Source: Spirochaetaceae bacterium
GTDB lineage: Bacteria > Spirochaetota > Spirochaetia > DSM-2461
Direction of reading: 5' to 3'
DNA: 64,000 nt
NCBI GenBank assembly: GCA_051531975.1
Contig: JAOPTT010000006.1
Location: forward strand, 32,656 to 96,655
Shown here: piece after piece, positions 28,742 to 38,624 of the stretch
How the letters are laid out: each line of letters begins with the position of its first letter
How positions within the stretch are numbered: the first letter of the stretch is position 1
Made by a program: the position numbers and the translations under genes
The notes under the pieces: generated by a model
Told to the model about the DNA's origin: nothing
Seen by the model: only the letters and a program-made list of their open reading frames with translations
The model's database searches: none

Positions 28742-30717
28742 TAAAAAAAATCCTCTATATTTTATTACTGTTGTTACTATATTCATGTAATGTTAATAAA
28801 AATATTGTTGAAGTTAATGGGAAATGGGAACTATATAACAACAAATTTATATTATCTGAACCATCTAATACAGTAGAATTACCTGATTCTAAACTCTATT
28901 TCTCTGGATCAAATAAAGAAATAGCAACAAATAAAAATTATGAGTTTGGATCTATAAAACAGAAATTAAATGTTATACCTAATAATAACTATTCACTTTA
29001 TTTTTCCGGAGTACATTCCGCTTCGAAGATATGGATAGATGGTGAACTCTTAGGTGAATTTGGTACTATTGGAAAAACTTTAAATAGTTCTGAACCTGAT
29101 ATTAGACGAGGGTTAATCAATTTTACTCCCCAAAAGAAATCGGTGGATTTAGTAATTGAATTTTCTCATTTCTATTTCAATACTAAATATCTATTTAAAT
29201 GGATTGTTTTAGGTAATACATCAGATATCGTAAGGTTATATATAAAAAGTCAAAGTAAAGATTATATAACCTTTGGTTTATTAATAATTTGCTCATTTTT
29301 GTTTTTATTAATTTATATTATAAACCGCAAAAACTCATACAATTTATTTTTATCTCTTTTTTCTATCTCTTATGGCTTAAGATCTTTTTTAATGAAAAAT
29401 ACAACTCTTTATTACATGATTCCATCACTTAAGTGGGAATATATTTATATGATAACAAAAGCCAGTGAACTATGGGCATTGTCTTTTATATTACTATTTT
29501 TTCGATCTTTGTTTCCTGAAGAACTAGATAATATTGTAACCAAAATTATAGTCTCAGCTACATTGGTTATGTCACTACTAACTTTTATCCCTCTTGAATA
29601 TTTTAATAAACATAATGTTCTGCTAGTTTTTCATATTTTAGTATTAATTTCAGGTGTTTATATTATATCTAGGTTATTAAAAACTGTACAAAAATATCGA
29701 AGTTATGCCGTTCCTGCAATGATTACAGTAATATTTTTCTTTTCAACTATAGTTTTCGACATTTTTGCGAGTAGAATAATGGTAATATTTGATTATTATA
29801 GTGCTCAATTTGTTTTTCTTCTAATTATAACAATGTTTCTAATGATAGGTAAAAACAGATCTGATACAAGTCGAAGTGTGGCTCACAAGCAAAAAATGAA
29901 TTTGTTAACAAGAGAAACTTTCTCAAAGTTTGTTCCAATTGAAATTCTAAGTAGAGTTAACAATAGTCAGTTAATAGATAGACCTCCTGGTGATTTTATT
30001 CTTGAAGCAATAACAATGGTTTACATCGATATCAGAGATTTTACTAAATTATCAGAAGGTTTATCTCCAACAGACAATTTTAAATTGATAAACGATTTTT
30101 ATTCTATTGTAGGAGAACATGTAAACAGTAATCATGGGTATATAGAATCTTATGGTGGGGATGGTGTTAAGGCTATTTTTTCAGATAATCCATTAGATGC
30201 TATTAATACAACACTAAATATTAGTAGAGATGTTGCAAAAAGTTCAGGTATAAAAATTGGTATGTCTATACATTTTGGTAAAGTTGTATTAGGTACAATT
30301 GGTGGGAAAAATAGAATCCAAGCAACAGCTATATCTGAAGTAACAAGAATTTTAGGAGTTATGGATAATTTTAATTCAAAAATGGGTATAGAAATACTTA
30401 TTACTGAAGTTATATATAAAAGTTCAAATATTCATTATCAAAAAACAATATATTTAGGTCCAGTTATATTAAAGGATGAAGAAGAACCGGTTAATCTATA
30501 TCAAGTTATTCCAGATGATTTTCATATTGATCCATTATTTAGAGAATCTTTCTCCGATGCAGTGGATATGATTCAAAAAAAGAGTTATTCAAAAGCTTTA
30601 AGTATCTTTTATTTAGCTCAGCGATATAATCCAACTCATTTACTTACAAAATACTATGTTAAGCAACTGGAAAATTTTGTTAAATTAGATCAGTTAACCT
30701 TTACTCTAAAGCTTTAG
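28738..30717 (+). CDS. 7TM-DISM receptor class III nucleotide cyclase, C1-like half (lacks Lys/Asn/Arg)
   Basis: Lipobox-like LLYSC, NGKWELY extracellular domain, about 7 TM, KFVP, YIDIRDFT, ESYGGDG, SIHFG, QATAISEVTRILGV, C-terminal TPR-like helix pair. Confidence 0.88.
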   Translation: MIKKILYILLLLLLYSCNVNKNIVEVNGKWELYNNKFILSEPSNTVELPDSKLYFSGSNKEIATNKNYEFGSIKQKLNVIPNNNYSLYFSGVHSASKIWIDGELLGEFGTIGKTLNSSEPDIRRGLINFTPQKKSVDLVIEFSHFYFNTKYLFKWIVLGNTSDIVRLYIKSQSKDYITFGLLIICSFLFLLIYIINRKNSYNLFLSLFSISYGLRSFLMKNTTLYYMIPSLKWEYIYMITKASELWALSFILLFFRSLFPEELDNIVTKIIVSATLVMSLLTFIPLEYFNKHNVLLVFHILVLISGVYIISRLLKTVQKYRSYAVPAMITVIFFFSTIVFDIFASRIMVIFDYYSAQFVFLLIITMFLMIGKNRSDTSRSVAHKQKMNLLTRETFSKFVPIEILSRVNNSQLIDRPPGDFILEAITMVYIDIRDFTKLSEGLSPTDNFKLINDFYSIVGEHVNSNHGYIESYGGDGVKAIFSDNPLDAINTTLNISRDVAKSSGIKIGMSIHFGKVVLGTIGGKNRIQATAISEVTRILGVMDNFNSKMGIEILITEVIYKSSNIHYQKTIYLGPVILKDEEEPVNLYQVIPDDFHIDPLFRESFSDAVDMIQKKSYSKALSIFYLAQRYNPTHLLTKYYVKQLENFVKLDQLTFTLKL

Positions 30718-30722
30718 TTCTG

Positions 30723-30751
30723 TTGACAGATAAAATCTTACTGTGTAAACT
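30723..30751 (+). promoter_or_regulatory. Sigma70 promoter of the yebC-ruv operon
   Basis: TTGACA-N17-TAAACT, followed by AAGGAG RBS. Confidence 0.7.
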
Positions 30752-30780
30752 TTTGAAACAATTAAGATTAAGGAGTCTGC

Positions 30781-31494
30781 ATGTCAGGACATAGTAAATG
30801 GGCAACTATTAAACATAAAAAAGGTGCACTCGATGCAAAACGAGGTAAGATATTTTGTAAAATTATAAAAGAGATTACTGTTGCTGCAAGAATGGGTGGT
30901 GGGGATGCTGAAACAAATCCTAGATTAAGGACTTCTTTGTTAAAAGCAAAAGCTGCAAATATGCCAAAAGATAACATTGCTAGAGCAATTAAAAAGGGTT
31001 GTGGTGAAACTGATGGTGCAATCTTTATGGAACTTGTTTATGAAGGTTATGGTCAAGGTGGAGTTGGTCTTATTATTGAGGCTCTTACAGATAATAAAAA
31101 TAGAACAAGTGCCGATGTTAAATCTATTTTAACAAAAGGTGGAGGTCAAATTGCAACACCAGGAGCTGTTTCTTATCAGTTTAATAGAAAAGGTGTTCTA
31201 ACATACGATTTAGAAGCAACTGATTTTGACGCAATTTTTGAAACAGCACTTGAAGCTGGAGCTGAAGATGTTACAAATGAGGGAGTAATTGAAGTAATTA
31301 CAGAACCTGGAGACTTTGAAAATGTATTAAATGCATTAGAAGAAGCTAACTTCGCTCATCTAGGTGCAGAGATTACAATGGTTCCAGATGCAACTATAGA
31401 ACTCAACGAAGAGAAAACTGAAAAGCTACTATCTCTTATTGATAAGCTAGAAGATCACGAAGATATACAAAATGTATCTTCAAACCTTGCCTAA
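30781..31494 (+). CDS. yebC: YebC/PmpR family protein
   Basis: MSGHSKWATIKHKKG, NMPKDNI, YEGYG, TDNKNRT. Confidence 0.96.
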   Translation: MSGHSKWATIKHKKGALDAKRGKIFCKIIKEITVAARMGGGDAETNPRLRTSLLKAKAANMPKDNIARAIKKGCGETDGAIFMELVYEGYGQGGVGLIIEALTDNKNRTSADVKSILTKGGGQIATPGAVSYQFNRKGVLTYDLEATDFDAIFETALEAGAEDVTNEGVIEVITEPGDFENVLNALEEANFAHLGAEITMVPDATIELNEEKTEKLLSLIDKLEDHEDIQNVSSNLA

Positions 31495-31977
31495 GTGGTA
31501 AGAGTTATAGGTATAGACCCTGGCCTTGCTAATACAGGTTGGGGTATTATAGAAACCGATGGAATTAGATTTAGATATCTAGCCCATGGTACAATTGAAA
31601 CAAAAAGTGAATTAAAATCTACAATTCGACTAAAAGAGATATATAGCCAGTTACAGGAAGTTATAGTAGAGTATAAGCCAACACATTCAGGTGTTGAGAC
31701 TCTATATTTTGCAAAAAATGTTTCATCGGCACTGCCTGTTGCTCAAGCAAGAGGTGTTCAGCTTTTAACCCTGGGTAATAATGGTATTATAACAGGGGAG
31801 TATACTCCTATTCAGATTAAACAAGCAGTTGTTGGTAATGGTCGAGCAACAAAAAAACAGGTTCAGGAAATGGTAAAGTTATTATTAAAACTTAAATCTA
31901 TTCCAAAACCTGATCATGCCGCTGATGCTTTAGCTGCGGCAATATGCCATGTGCATAGTGTGAGGGTAAATGTATAA
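31495..31977 (+). CDS. ruvC: Holliday junction resolvase RuvC
   Basis: IGIDPG, QARGV, EYTP.QIK, DHAADALA. Confidence 0.96.
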   Translation: MVRVIGIDPGLANTGWGIIETDGIRFRYLAHGTIETKSELKSTIRLKEIYSQLQEVIVEYKPTHSGVETLYFAKNVSSALPVAQARGVQLLTLGNNGIITGEYTPIQIKQAVVGNGRATKKQVQEMVKLLLKLKSIPKPDHAADALAAAICHVHSVRVNV

Positions 31978-32551
31978 TAGTTTAACAGGTAAAATTACAG
32001 AAAAAGGTATTAGTCATCTCTGTTTACAAATAGGTGGAGTAGAATGGATTCTTTTAGCCTCTATCAACAGTTTAGATACGTGTAATGTTGGGGAAGACAG
32101 AAGGTTTTTCACATATTTACAACATAAAGAAGACGGCATGACAATGTTTGGTTTTGCTACTAAAGATGAAAGAGTTCTTTTTTTAGATCTAATAAAGGTT
32201 AATGGAGTAGGGGCAAAAGCTGCACAAAAAATATTATCTGGAATAAAACCTGCAGAGTTCATACGTTGTTTAGAAGATGAAGATGTTGATAGGTTAACTA
32301 AAGTCCCAGGTCTTGGTAAAAAAACAGCACAGAAGATAATTTTAGCATTAAAAGGCAAATTGAAATTAGAAGATGATGTTGTAAAAGAATCTACTAGAGA
32401 TAGTGTTGATAAAGAGATTTTAGATTCTCTTGTTGCCATGGGTTTTGATAAAAAGAGAGCAAAAAATGTCTTAGTTGATGTAATTGCAAATGCAGATGGT
32501 TTAGGTGAAGGTGAAATACTTCGTTTAGCTATAATTAAGTTAAGTAGTTAG
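31970..32551 (+). CDS. ruvA: Holliday junction DNA-binding protein RuvA
   Basis: [25 protein letters not shown]hH motifs. Confidence 0.95.
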   Translation: MYNSLTGKITEKGISHLCLQIGGVEWILLASINSLDTCNVGEDRRFFTYLQHKEDGMTMFGFATKDERVLFLDLIKVNGVGAKAAQKILSGIKPAEFIRCLEDEDVDRLTKVPGLGKKTAQKIILALKGKLKLEDDVVKESTRDSVDKEILDSLVAMGFDKKRAKNVLVDVIANADGLGEGEILRLAIIKLSS

Positions 32552-32559
32552 GGGTTATT

Positions 32560-33594
32560 TTGGGTCAGTTTGAAGAAGAAAATATACTATCTGGAGAATC
32601 TCTATTTAATGACGATATAGAACGTCTAGATAACCCTATTAGACCTAAATTATTAGCAGACTTTCAAGGTCAAGAAGATATAAAAGATAATCTAAATATA
32701 TTTATAACAGCTGCCAGAGATAGAGGTGAAGCTTTAGATCATGTATTTCTAAGTGGTCCTCCAGGACTTGGTAAGACAACATTAGCTAATATTATGGCAA
32801 ATGAGTTAGGGGTTGAAGCTAGAGTGACATCAGCTCCTGCTATGGATAAACCAAAAGATTTAGCAGGTTTATTAACAACAATATCAGAAAATAGTGTTTT
32901 TTTTATAGATGAAATTCATAGATTAAAACCAACAGTAGAAGAGATGTTATACATCGCAATGGAAGACTACGAATTAGACTGGATAATAGGTCAAGGTCCA
33001 TCTGCAAGAACTATAAGAATACCAGTCCCACCTTTTACATTGGTTGGGGCAACAACAAAGCCAGGGAAAGTATCTAGTCCACTTTTTACTCGTTTTGGAA
33101 TAAATATAAGAATGAGTTTTTATACCCACGAAGAATTACGGGATATAATTGTTAGAAGTGCAGATATATTAGAGATTCAAATTGATCCAGATGCAGCATT
33201 TGAGTTAGCAAAATGTTCTAGAGGTACACCTAGGGTTGCGAACAGACTACTTCGAAGAATGAGGGACTTTGCTCAGGTTACTGGGGATGGAATAATTAAT
33301 ACAAAAATTGTGGCTGATGGGTTAAAAAGATTAGAAATTGACTCATATGGTCTTGAAAGACACGACAGGGAGATCTTGAATACTATAATTACAAAATATA
33401 ATGGTGGCCCAGTTGGTGCAGAGACTTTAGCAATTAGTGTAGGTGAAGGAATTGACTCTTTAGAAGATTTTTATGAACCATATCTAATACAACAGGGCTT
33501 TATTAAAAGAACTGCAAGGGGTAGAATGGCGACCCCTTTGGCATATAAACACCTAGGAATGGAGTTACATGAAAATCAGCGACTACTCTTTTGA
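32560..33594 (+). CDS. ruvB: Holliday junction helicase RuvB
   Basis: [33 protein letters not shown]...RTARGR. Confidence 0.97.
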   Translation: MGQFEEENILSGESLFNDDIERLDNPIRPKLLADFQGQEDIKDNLNIFITAARDRGEALDHVFLSGPPGLGKTTLANIMANELGVEARVTSAPAMDKPKDLAGLLTTISENSVFFIDEIHRLKPTVEEMLYIAMEDYELDWIIGQGPSARTIRIPVPPFTLVGATTKPGKVSSPLFTRFGINIRMSFYTHEELRDIIVRSADILEIQIDPDAAFELAKCSRGTPRVANRLLRRMRDFAQVTGDGIINTKIVADGLKRLEIDSYGLERHDREILNTIITKYNGGPVGAETLAISVGEGIDSLEDFYEPYLIQQGFIKRTARGRMATPLAYKHLGMELHENQRLLF

Positions 33595-34591
33595 GTTACC
33601 TAAAGAACAGATAGCACAATATCCTCCAGAAGTTAGAGGAACAGCGAACTTAATGGTTCTTAATAAAAAAAATAACACTATCCAACATAAAAACATGCAA
33701 GATTTAACAGATTATATCGATGATAATACAGTTGTTGTTTTTAATAATTCCAGAGTAAGAAAAGCAAGACTATTTGCAAATACTTTAGATAGTGGTGGAA
33801 AAGTAGAATTTTTCATGTTAACTAAAGTAAAAAAAAATACCTGGGAAGTAATGGTCTCAAAAGCAAAGAAGCAGATTGTTGGACGGGAATATAAATTTGA
33901 AGGTGGAGCAACTGGTACAATCCTAGAAATTATATCTACTAACCACAGAATTGTTGAGTTTGATACTGACATCGATGATGAATATCTAAATAGTTTTGCT
34001 CATATTCCACTACCTCCATATATAAAACGTGAAGATGATAATGCTGACTCGGAAAGATATCAGACTGTATTCTCAAAAGAGATAGGTTCATGTGCTGCTC
34101 CAACTGCATCTCTTCACTTTACTGTGGATATATTAGATAAAATAAAATCAAAAGGTGCGGATATAGCATTTGTGACACTTCATGTAGGTCTTGGAACATT
34201 TGCTCCTGTAAGAACTGAGTATTTAGACGATCATGATATGCATTTTGAAGATTTTTATATCTCTGATGATAGTGCAAAAATAATTGAAGCTGGTATAAAA
34301 ACTGGTAAAAAAATATTAGCTGTTGGTACAACTTCTGTTAGAACATTAGAGTCATCATGGAAAAATGGGGCTTTAGTCAGAGGTACTCAAAGTACTAATT
34401 TATTTATTAAACCTGGCTATGAATTTAAAGTTGTCGATAAAATGTTTACCAATTTTCATACCCCAGAATCAACACTTTTAGTTCTTGTATCAACTTTTGC
34501 AACAAAAGAATTAATTGATAAAGCATATAGAGAAGCTGTAGAACAAAAATATATGTTTTTTAGTTATGGTGATGCGATGTTAATTGAATAA
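33569..34591 (+). CDS. queA: tRNA ribosyltransferase-isomerase QueA
   Basis: [50 protein letters not shown]. Confidence 0.97.
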   Translation: MKISDYSFELPKEQIAQYPPEVRGTANLMVLNKKNNTIQHKNMQDLTDYIDDNTVVVFNNSRVRKARLFANTLDSGGKVEFFMLTKVKKNTWEVMVSKAKKQIVGREYKFEGGATGTILEIISTNHRIVEFDTDIDDEYLNSFAHIPLPPYIKREDDNADSERYQTVFSKEIGSCAAPTASLHFTVDILDKIKSKGADIAFVTLHVGLGTFAPVRTEYLDDHDMHFEDFYISDDSAKIIEAGIKTGKKILAVGTTSVRTLESSWKNGALVRGTQSTNLFIKPGYEFKVVDKMFTNFHTPESTLLVLVSTFATKELIDKAYREAVEQKYMFFSYGDAMLIE

Positions 34592-34631
34592 ATTATTGAA
34601 CGATGAATAACTGTATTAAATATAATCTATT

Positions 34632-35234
34632 TTAATATGTGTTTTCATCCATCGCTTTAAAATCTTCTCTGACTTTATTTAATCTTGTTAGATGTTTATT
34701 AATTGTTTTATTATAATCTAACTCCCCAGTTTGTATCATATATGACTCATCTTCAAAGTTTATGATATCTTCAATAAATAGAAACATGAATTTATCAGCT
34801 GAAGCTTTTGAAGACCATTCCACTGCATCAACCCAATGTTTTTTTGCTTCTAAATAATAAAACTCGGCTTCGTTTAAACTTTTAATATTATACTCTTTCC
34901 ATGGTGCATTATAAAATAGTGCTTCTCTTTTATCAAAACCTTTTGCAAGTTGAAGATAAGAATCTACTAATTTAAGATTGATGTGTGTATACATTAAATA
35001 TCTATATTTTTCCCACTCATCAGCAGTTTTTATTTTTGCAATCGCATATAAAGGATTACTGAATCGAACTCCTAAACTAGACTTTAAATAGAATATATTC
35101 CTATTTACATCATGGGGGTATTGATAAAAATTTTCGACATATAGTCCATAAAACCCTTCTAAATATTTAATATCAAAACTATATATTGATGTTGAGATAA
35201 TAAAAAAAATAGAGGCTAATAAAAGCTTTTTCAT
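34632..35234 (-). CDS. Exported hypothetical protein
   Basis: 200-aa ORF with N-terminal signal peptide, directly downstream of tmk; helical and aromatic-rich (NPLYA, WEKYRYL, FYNAPWK). No function recognised. Confidence 0.75.
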   Translation of the reverse strand: MKKLLLASIFFIISTSIYSFDIKYLEGFYGLYVENFYQYPHDVNRNIFYLKSSLGVRFSNPLYAIAKIKTADEWEKYRYLMYTHINLKLVDSYLQLAKGFDKREALFYNAPWKEYNIKSLNEAEFYYLEAKKHWVDAVEWSSKASADKFMFLFIEDIINFEDESYMIQTGELDYNKTINKHLTRLNKVREDFKAMDENTY

Positions 35235-35241
35235 AATATTA

Positions 35242-35850
35242 TTATCGTATTTTATTTAGAATCTCATTAGTAATATTTTCAGGTGTTTTTGTGCCATCAA
35301 TTATATGTACATTCATAGCTGTATTTTTATAACTATTTATAGCTTTTAAATACTGATCATTAACCTTAGTTTGATACTCTTTTGCATCAAATAACTCTTT
35401 TGCTTCACCTCGAATATTTATACGTTCTTGACATATTTCAACCGGAACTGATATAAAAAAAAGATGCTCAGGTAGAGGATAGTTATTTATAGTTTTTACA
35501 AAATCAAATCCACATTCTGGTGATTGATAGGCTAATGAACTAAATAGGTATCTATCACAAACTACATAATTGTTGTTGTTTAAATGTTCAATTATTCCAT
35601 TTTGCCCATAAATATGCTCATATCGATCTGCAACAAAAAGTTTACTAATACTTTTTGGTTCAAGAGAAACCTTTTTTTGTAAGACACTTCGGATTAGTTT
35701 TCCTATCGCTCCATCAGTTGGTTCAAAAGTAGTAAATACAGTTTCATTAGAACTAATTAAGGCTTCTGATAATCTTTTTAACTGAGTTGTTGTTCCTGAT
35801 CCATCTAAACCCTCTAATACAATAAACTTTTTTAGAACTTCTGTTTCCAT
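35242..35850 (-). CDS. tmk: Thymidylate kinase
   Basis: FIVLEGLDGSGTTTQ, EPT, LFVADRYEH, DRYLFSSLAYQ. Confidence 0.95.
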   Translation of the reverse strand: METEVLKKFIVLEGLDGSGTTTQLKRLSEALISSNETVFTTFEPTDGAIGKLIRSVLQKKVSLEPKSISKLFVADRYEHIYGQNGIIEHLNNNNYVVCDRYLFSSLAYQSPECGFDFVKTINNYPLPEHLFFISVPVEICQERINIRGEAKELFDAKEYQTKVNDQYLKAINSYKNTAMNVHIIDGTKTPENITNEILNKIR

Positions 35851-35881
35851 TATAACCTCTTTTTATGTAGAATAAAAATAA

Positions 35882-36931
35882 GTGAATGTTATCATAAATA
35901 GAGTTCTTATTATACTCATTTTAACTATATCTTTTATCTCACAAATAAATTCTCAGGATATTGTTATAACAATACCTGATAAATTTACTGTTTTGGATTT
36001 ACCTCTACCACCATTTCCAAAAGAAATAATTAATAGTATAGAAGTTATTAATTATGATTCAGAGTTGATAAATGATATTTTTGTTAGACCAATATTACAA
36101 GATAGCATTTCATATATATATTACCCAAATATTTTAAATAATAGATTAACTTCCAATGGATTGTTATACCAAGTGTTTTCATTAGAAACAGATTTTTCTA
36201 GTATAATGTTAAGTTACAATCCTGAATATTCTACTAACAATTATTCTATATCAAGTTTAATTAGTTATGATTCAGATGAAAATTTAGTAGATGCTGAAGT
36301 CACATATAATGAATATCGTTTTCCTATTGATATAAAAGTAACCTCAAATTTTTTAGATCTGTCATTAGAATTATCTCTTAGCTATTATGATTACACTAAA
36401 TTTTGGAGTATAACACCTTTTATATCTCAAGATTTGTCTTCAATTTATCTAAAATATATTGATGATACTTTTATTAGACCAACAGCCCAGTTTATATATG
36501 ATACAAATAACAATTATTGGGGTTCCTTTGGCTTAGGTGGAATTGATTTTAGAGTTGGAATAGCAACTTATACTGATTATTTTTTCCCATATTTAGAATA
36601 CACAAAAACACTAGGCAAGTCCCTTGTCGGGGTGGTAACAAATATTGATGAAGATCGTATTGATTATAGAGTAGTTTATGAATATAATTCACGGTTTTTA
36701 GCTGGGTTAGGAACAGAACTCCTTGAAGGATATTCAGATTTTGAGCCATATCTAATGTTTTCAGAAGACTTCATATTTGGTCAAAGAGAATATAGAATTT
36801 CTATGGAAGAATTAAACTTTAGCTTTAGCTTTATTAATGAGCATATTACATCTATAATTTCACTAGAATTTTTAAATCTAGAATTTAATACTTTTGAGTT
36901 ATTAATAAGTTATAAGGTTGGTAAAAAATGA
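35882..36931 (+). CDS. Exported hypothetical protein, possibly beta-rich outer membrane protein
   Basis: Signal peptide; Tyr/Phe-rich alternating strands; first gene of the exbB-exbD-tonB-tamB-bamA run. Confidence 0.6.
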   Translation: MNVIINRVLIILILTISFISQINSQDIVITIPDKFTVLDLPLPPFPKEIINSIEVINYDSELINDIFVRPILQDSISYIYYPNILNNRLTSNGLLYQVFSLETDFSSIMLSYNPEYSTNNYSISSLISYDSDENLVDAEVTYNEYRFPIDIKVTSNFLDLSLELSLSYYDYTKFWSITPFISQDLSSIYLKYIDDTFIRPTAQFIYDTNNNYWGSFGLGGIDFRVGIATYTDYFFPYLEYTKTLGKSLVGVVTNIDEDRIDYRVVYEYNSRFLAGLGTELLEGYSDFEPYLMFSEDFIFGQREYRISMEELNFSFSFINEHITSIISLEFLNLEFNTFELLISYKVGKK

Positions 36932-37530
36932 AAGAACTTCTATTAAAAAATATATATGCTTTAGTTCCAATAATTATTCTATCTATTATTTCAGTATCTC
37001 TAATTATAGTTAAATTGGTCTACTTTTTTTCAATCAGAATAAAAAACCCAAGAGGTATTGAAAATTCACTTGATGATCTGCTTAAAGGTAACTATGAAGA
37101 GTCGTTAACTAAAATCTCAGATGACTATTCTCCAACAGCTGAGATCATAAGATATGAAGCAAAGTTATTAGGTGAAGGGAATAGAGCTGTTTTTTCACAT
37201 AAAATTGAAGCTTTTGCCCAAAGAAAAATATATGAAATGGAGAAGTATGTTACATATCTTTCTGCTATAGCAAATGTAGCAACATTATTAGGGTTATTAG
37301 GAACAGTAATTGGTATGATAATTACTTTCTATGAAATGATGGTTAGTAAAAGTTCTGACCCTTATACGTTAGCTGGTGGTATTTCCCAGGCATTAATTAC
37401 AACAGCAGCAGGATTAATTACAGCGGTTCCTGCAATTTTATTCTATTCAGTATTTAATTCAATTATACAAAGACATATTAGTTCTATGGAAAGTTCATCA
37501 TCTGAAATATTAGCTTTAAAGGAGTCCTAA
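36928..37530 (+). CDS. exbB: MotA/TolQ/ExbB proton channel protein
   Basis: LLGLLGTVIGMI, AGGISQALITTAAGL. Confidence 0.88.
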   Translation: MKELLLKNIYALVPIIILSIISVSLIIVKLVYFFSIRIKNPRGIENSLDDLLKGNYEESLTKISDDYSPTAEIIRYEAKLLGEGNRAVFSHKIEAFAQRKIYEMEKYVTYLSAIANVATLLGLLGTVIGMIITFYEMMVSKSSDPYTLAGGISQALITTAAGLITAVPAILFYSVFNSIIQRHISSMESSSSEILALKES

Positions 37531-37929
37531 ATGAAACTTAAGGGGCACCTAAAGGATGATAATGTATTACTAATTACTCCTTTAATAGATATTATGTTTT
37601 TAATTTTAATATTTTTTGTTTTAAATAGTAGTTTTACAAAAAATAGGGCTGTAAAGGTTGATGTTCCTCAAACAATATCTGGTTCTAGTGTTGGTGAAGT
37701 TGAAACACATATATTATTAACAAAGGATCACAGTATTTTAATAAATGATAAAGAGATCTCCCTCTCTGCCTTTTCTGCTACTCTTTTAGAAAGTGTAGGA
37801 ACCACTAATGATCCAATTATAATATTAGAAGGGGACAAAGAAATCTCCTACGAGTTTATTATGGGTATAATGGATAGAGTGAAAGTTTTAGGCTTCAATA
37901 ATATTTCTCTTGTTGTTAAAAAGTTATGA
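37531..37929 (+). CDS. exbD: ExbD/TolR family protein
   Basis: ITPLIDIMFLILIFFVL (essential Asp), GDKEISYEFIMGIMD. Confidence 0.9.
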   Translation: MKLKGHLKDDNVLLITPLIDIMFLILIFFVLNSSFTKNRAVKVDVPQTISGSSVGEVETHILLTKDHSILINDKEISLSAFSATLLESVGTTNDPIIILEGDKEISYEFIMGIMDRVKVLGFNNISLVVKKL

Positions 37930-38624
37930 AATTAAAAATTTCATTTTTGCTTTCAATTATAATACATATCACAATTTTATCCTTTATTTTATTCATAGAA
38001 GTTCCACCAGAAGAGCCTGAGGAAGAAATTATCAAAATTAACATAGAAATAACCTCAAAAAACAGAGATAAAAATATAAATAATTCAGATGTAGAGAAAA
38101 TTATAGAAAAAAGTACCGATGTTATAAGTAGGAATATTGTAACTGAAACACCTACAGATACTCCAGTTAAAAACAGTTATATAGATTTTATTAAAGTGGA
38201 TAATCCTGAATTAGTTATATCTAAAAAGAATTATAATGCTTCTTCTGATAGTAGTTTTGATATTCCTGATCTAAATGATTTTGAAGAGAGTTTATCTGAA
38301 ATGATTCCTATGGAAGATTTTTTGGAAGAAGAAGAAGTAAATAAAGAGCAATTTGAAATTTCTTGGGATGGTGAATCTAGAGATGTTATAGAACAGCAAT
38401 TTATAGATTTTTCTTCATTTCCTAAAGATTCATTTACTGGTGTTGGAGTACATGTAGAGTTTATGGTAAATTCAAATGGAGAAGTCTTTGGAGTAGAAAT
38501 TAAGCCTCCTGGGTCAGGATCTGCAGATTTTGATATTCTGATTAAACAATACATTAATAAATTTACATTTAAAAAGGGAGAATCTACAAGCAAAGGGGAA
38601 GTGATTATTGTCTATAAAAAATAA
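37926..38624 (+). CDS. TonB-like energy transducer
   Basis: TM with SxxxH (SIIIH), acidic linker, C-terminal VHVEFMVNSNGEV...SGSADFD TonB_C-like fold. Confidence 0.72.
   Translation: MKLKISFLLSIIIHITILSFILFIEVPPEEPEEEIIKINIEITSKNRDKNINNSDVEKIIEKSTDVISRNIVTETPTDTPVKNSYIDFIKVDNPELVISKKNYNASSDSSFDIPDLNDFEESLSEMIPMEDFLEEEEVNKEQFEISWDGESRDVIEQQFIDFSSFPKDSFTGVGVHVEFMVNSNGEVFGVEIKPPGSGSADFDILIKQYINKFTFKKGESTSKGEVIIVYKK

Noticed and set aside
26795..30717. Reading the two cyclases as decaying pseudogenes
   Set aside because: Both are full length with no frameshift or stop, and the residue losses are reciprocal rather than random.
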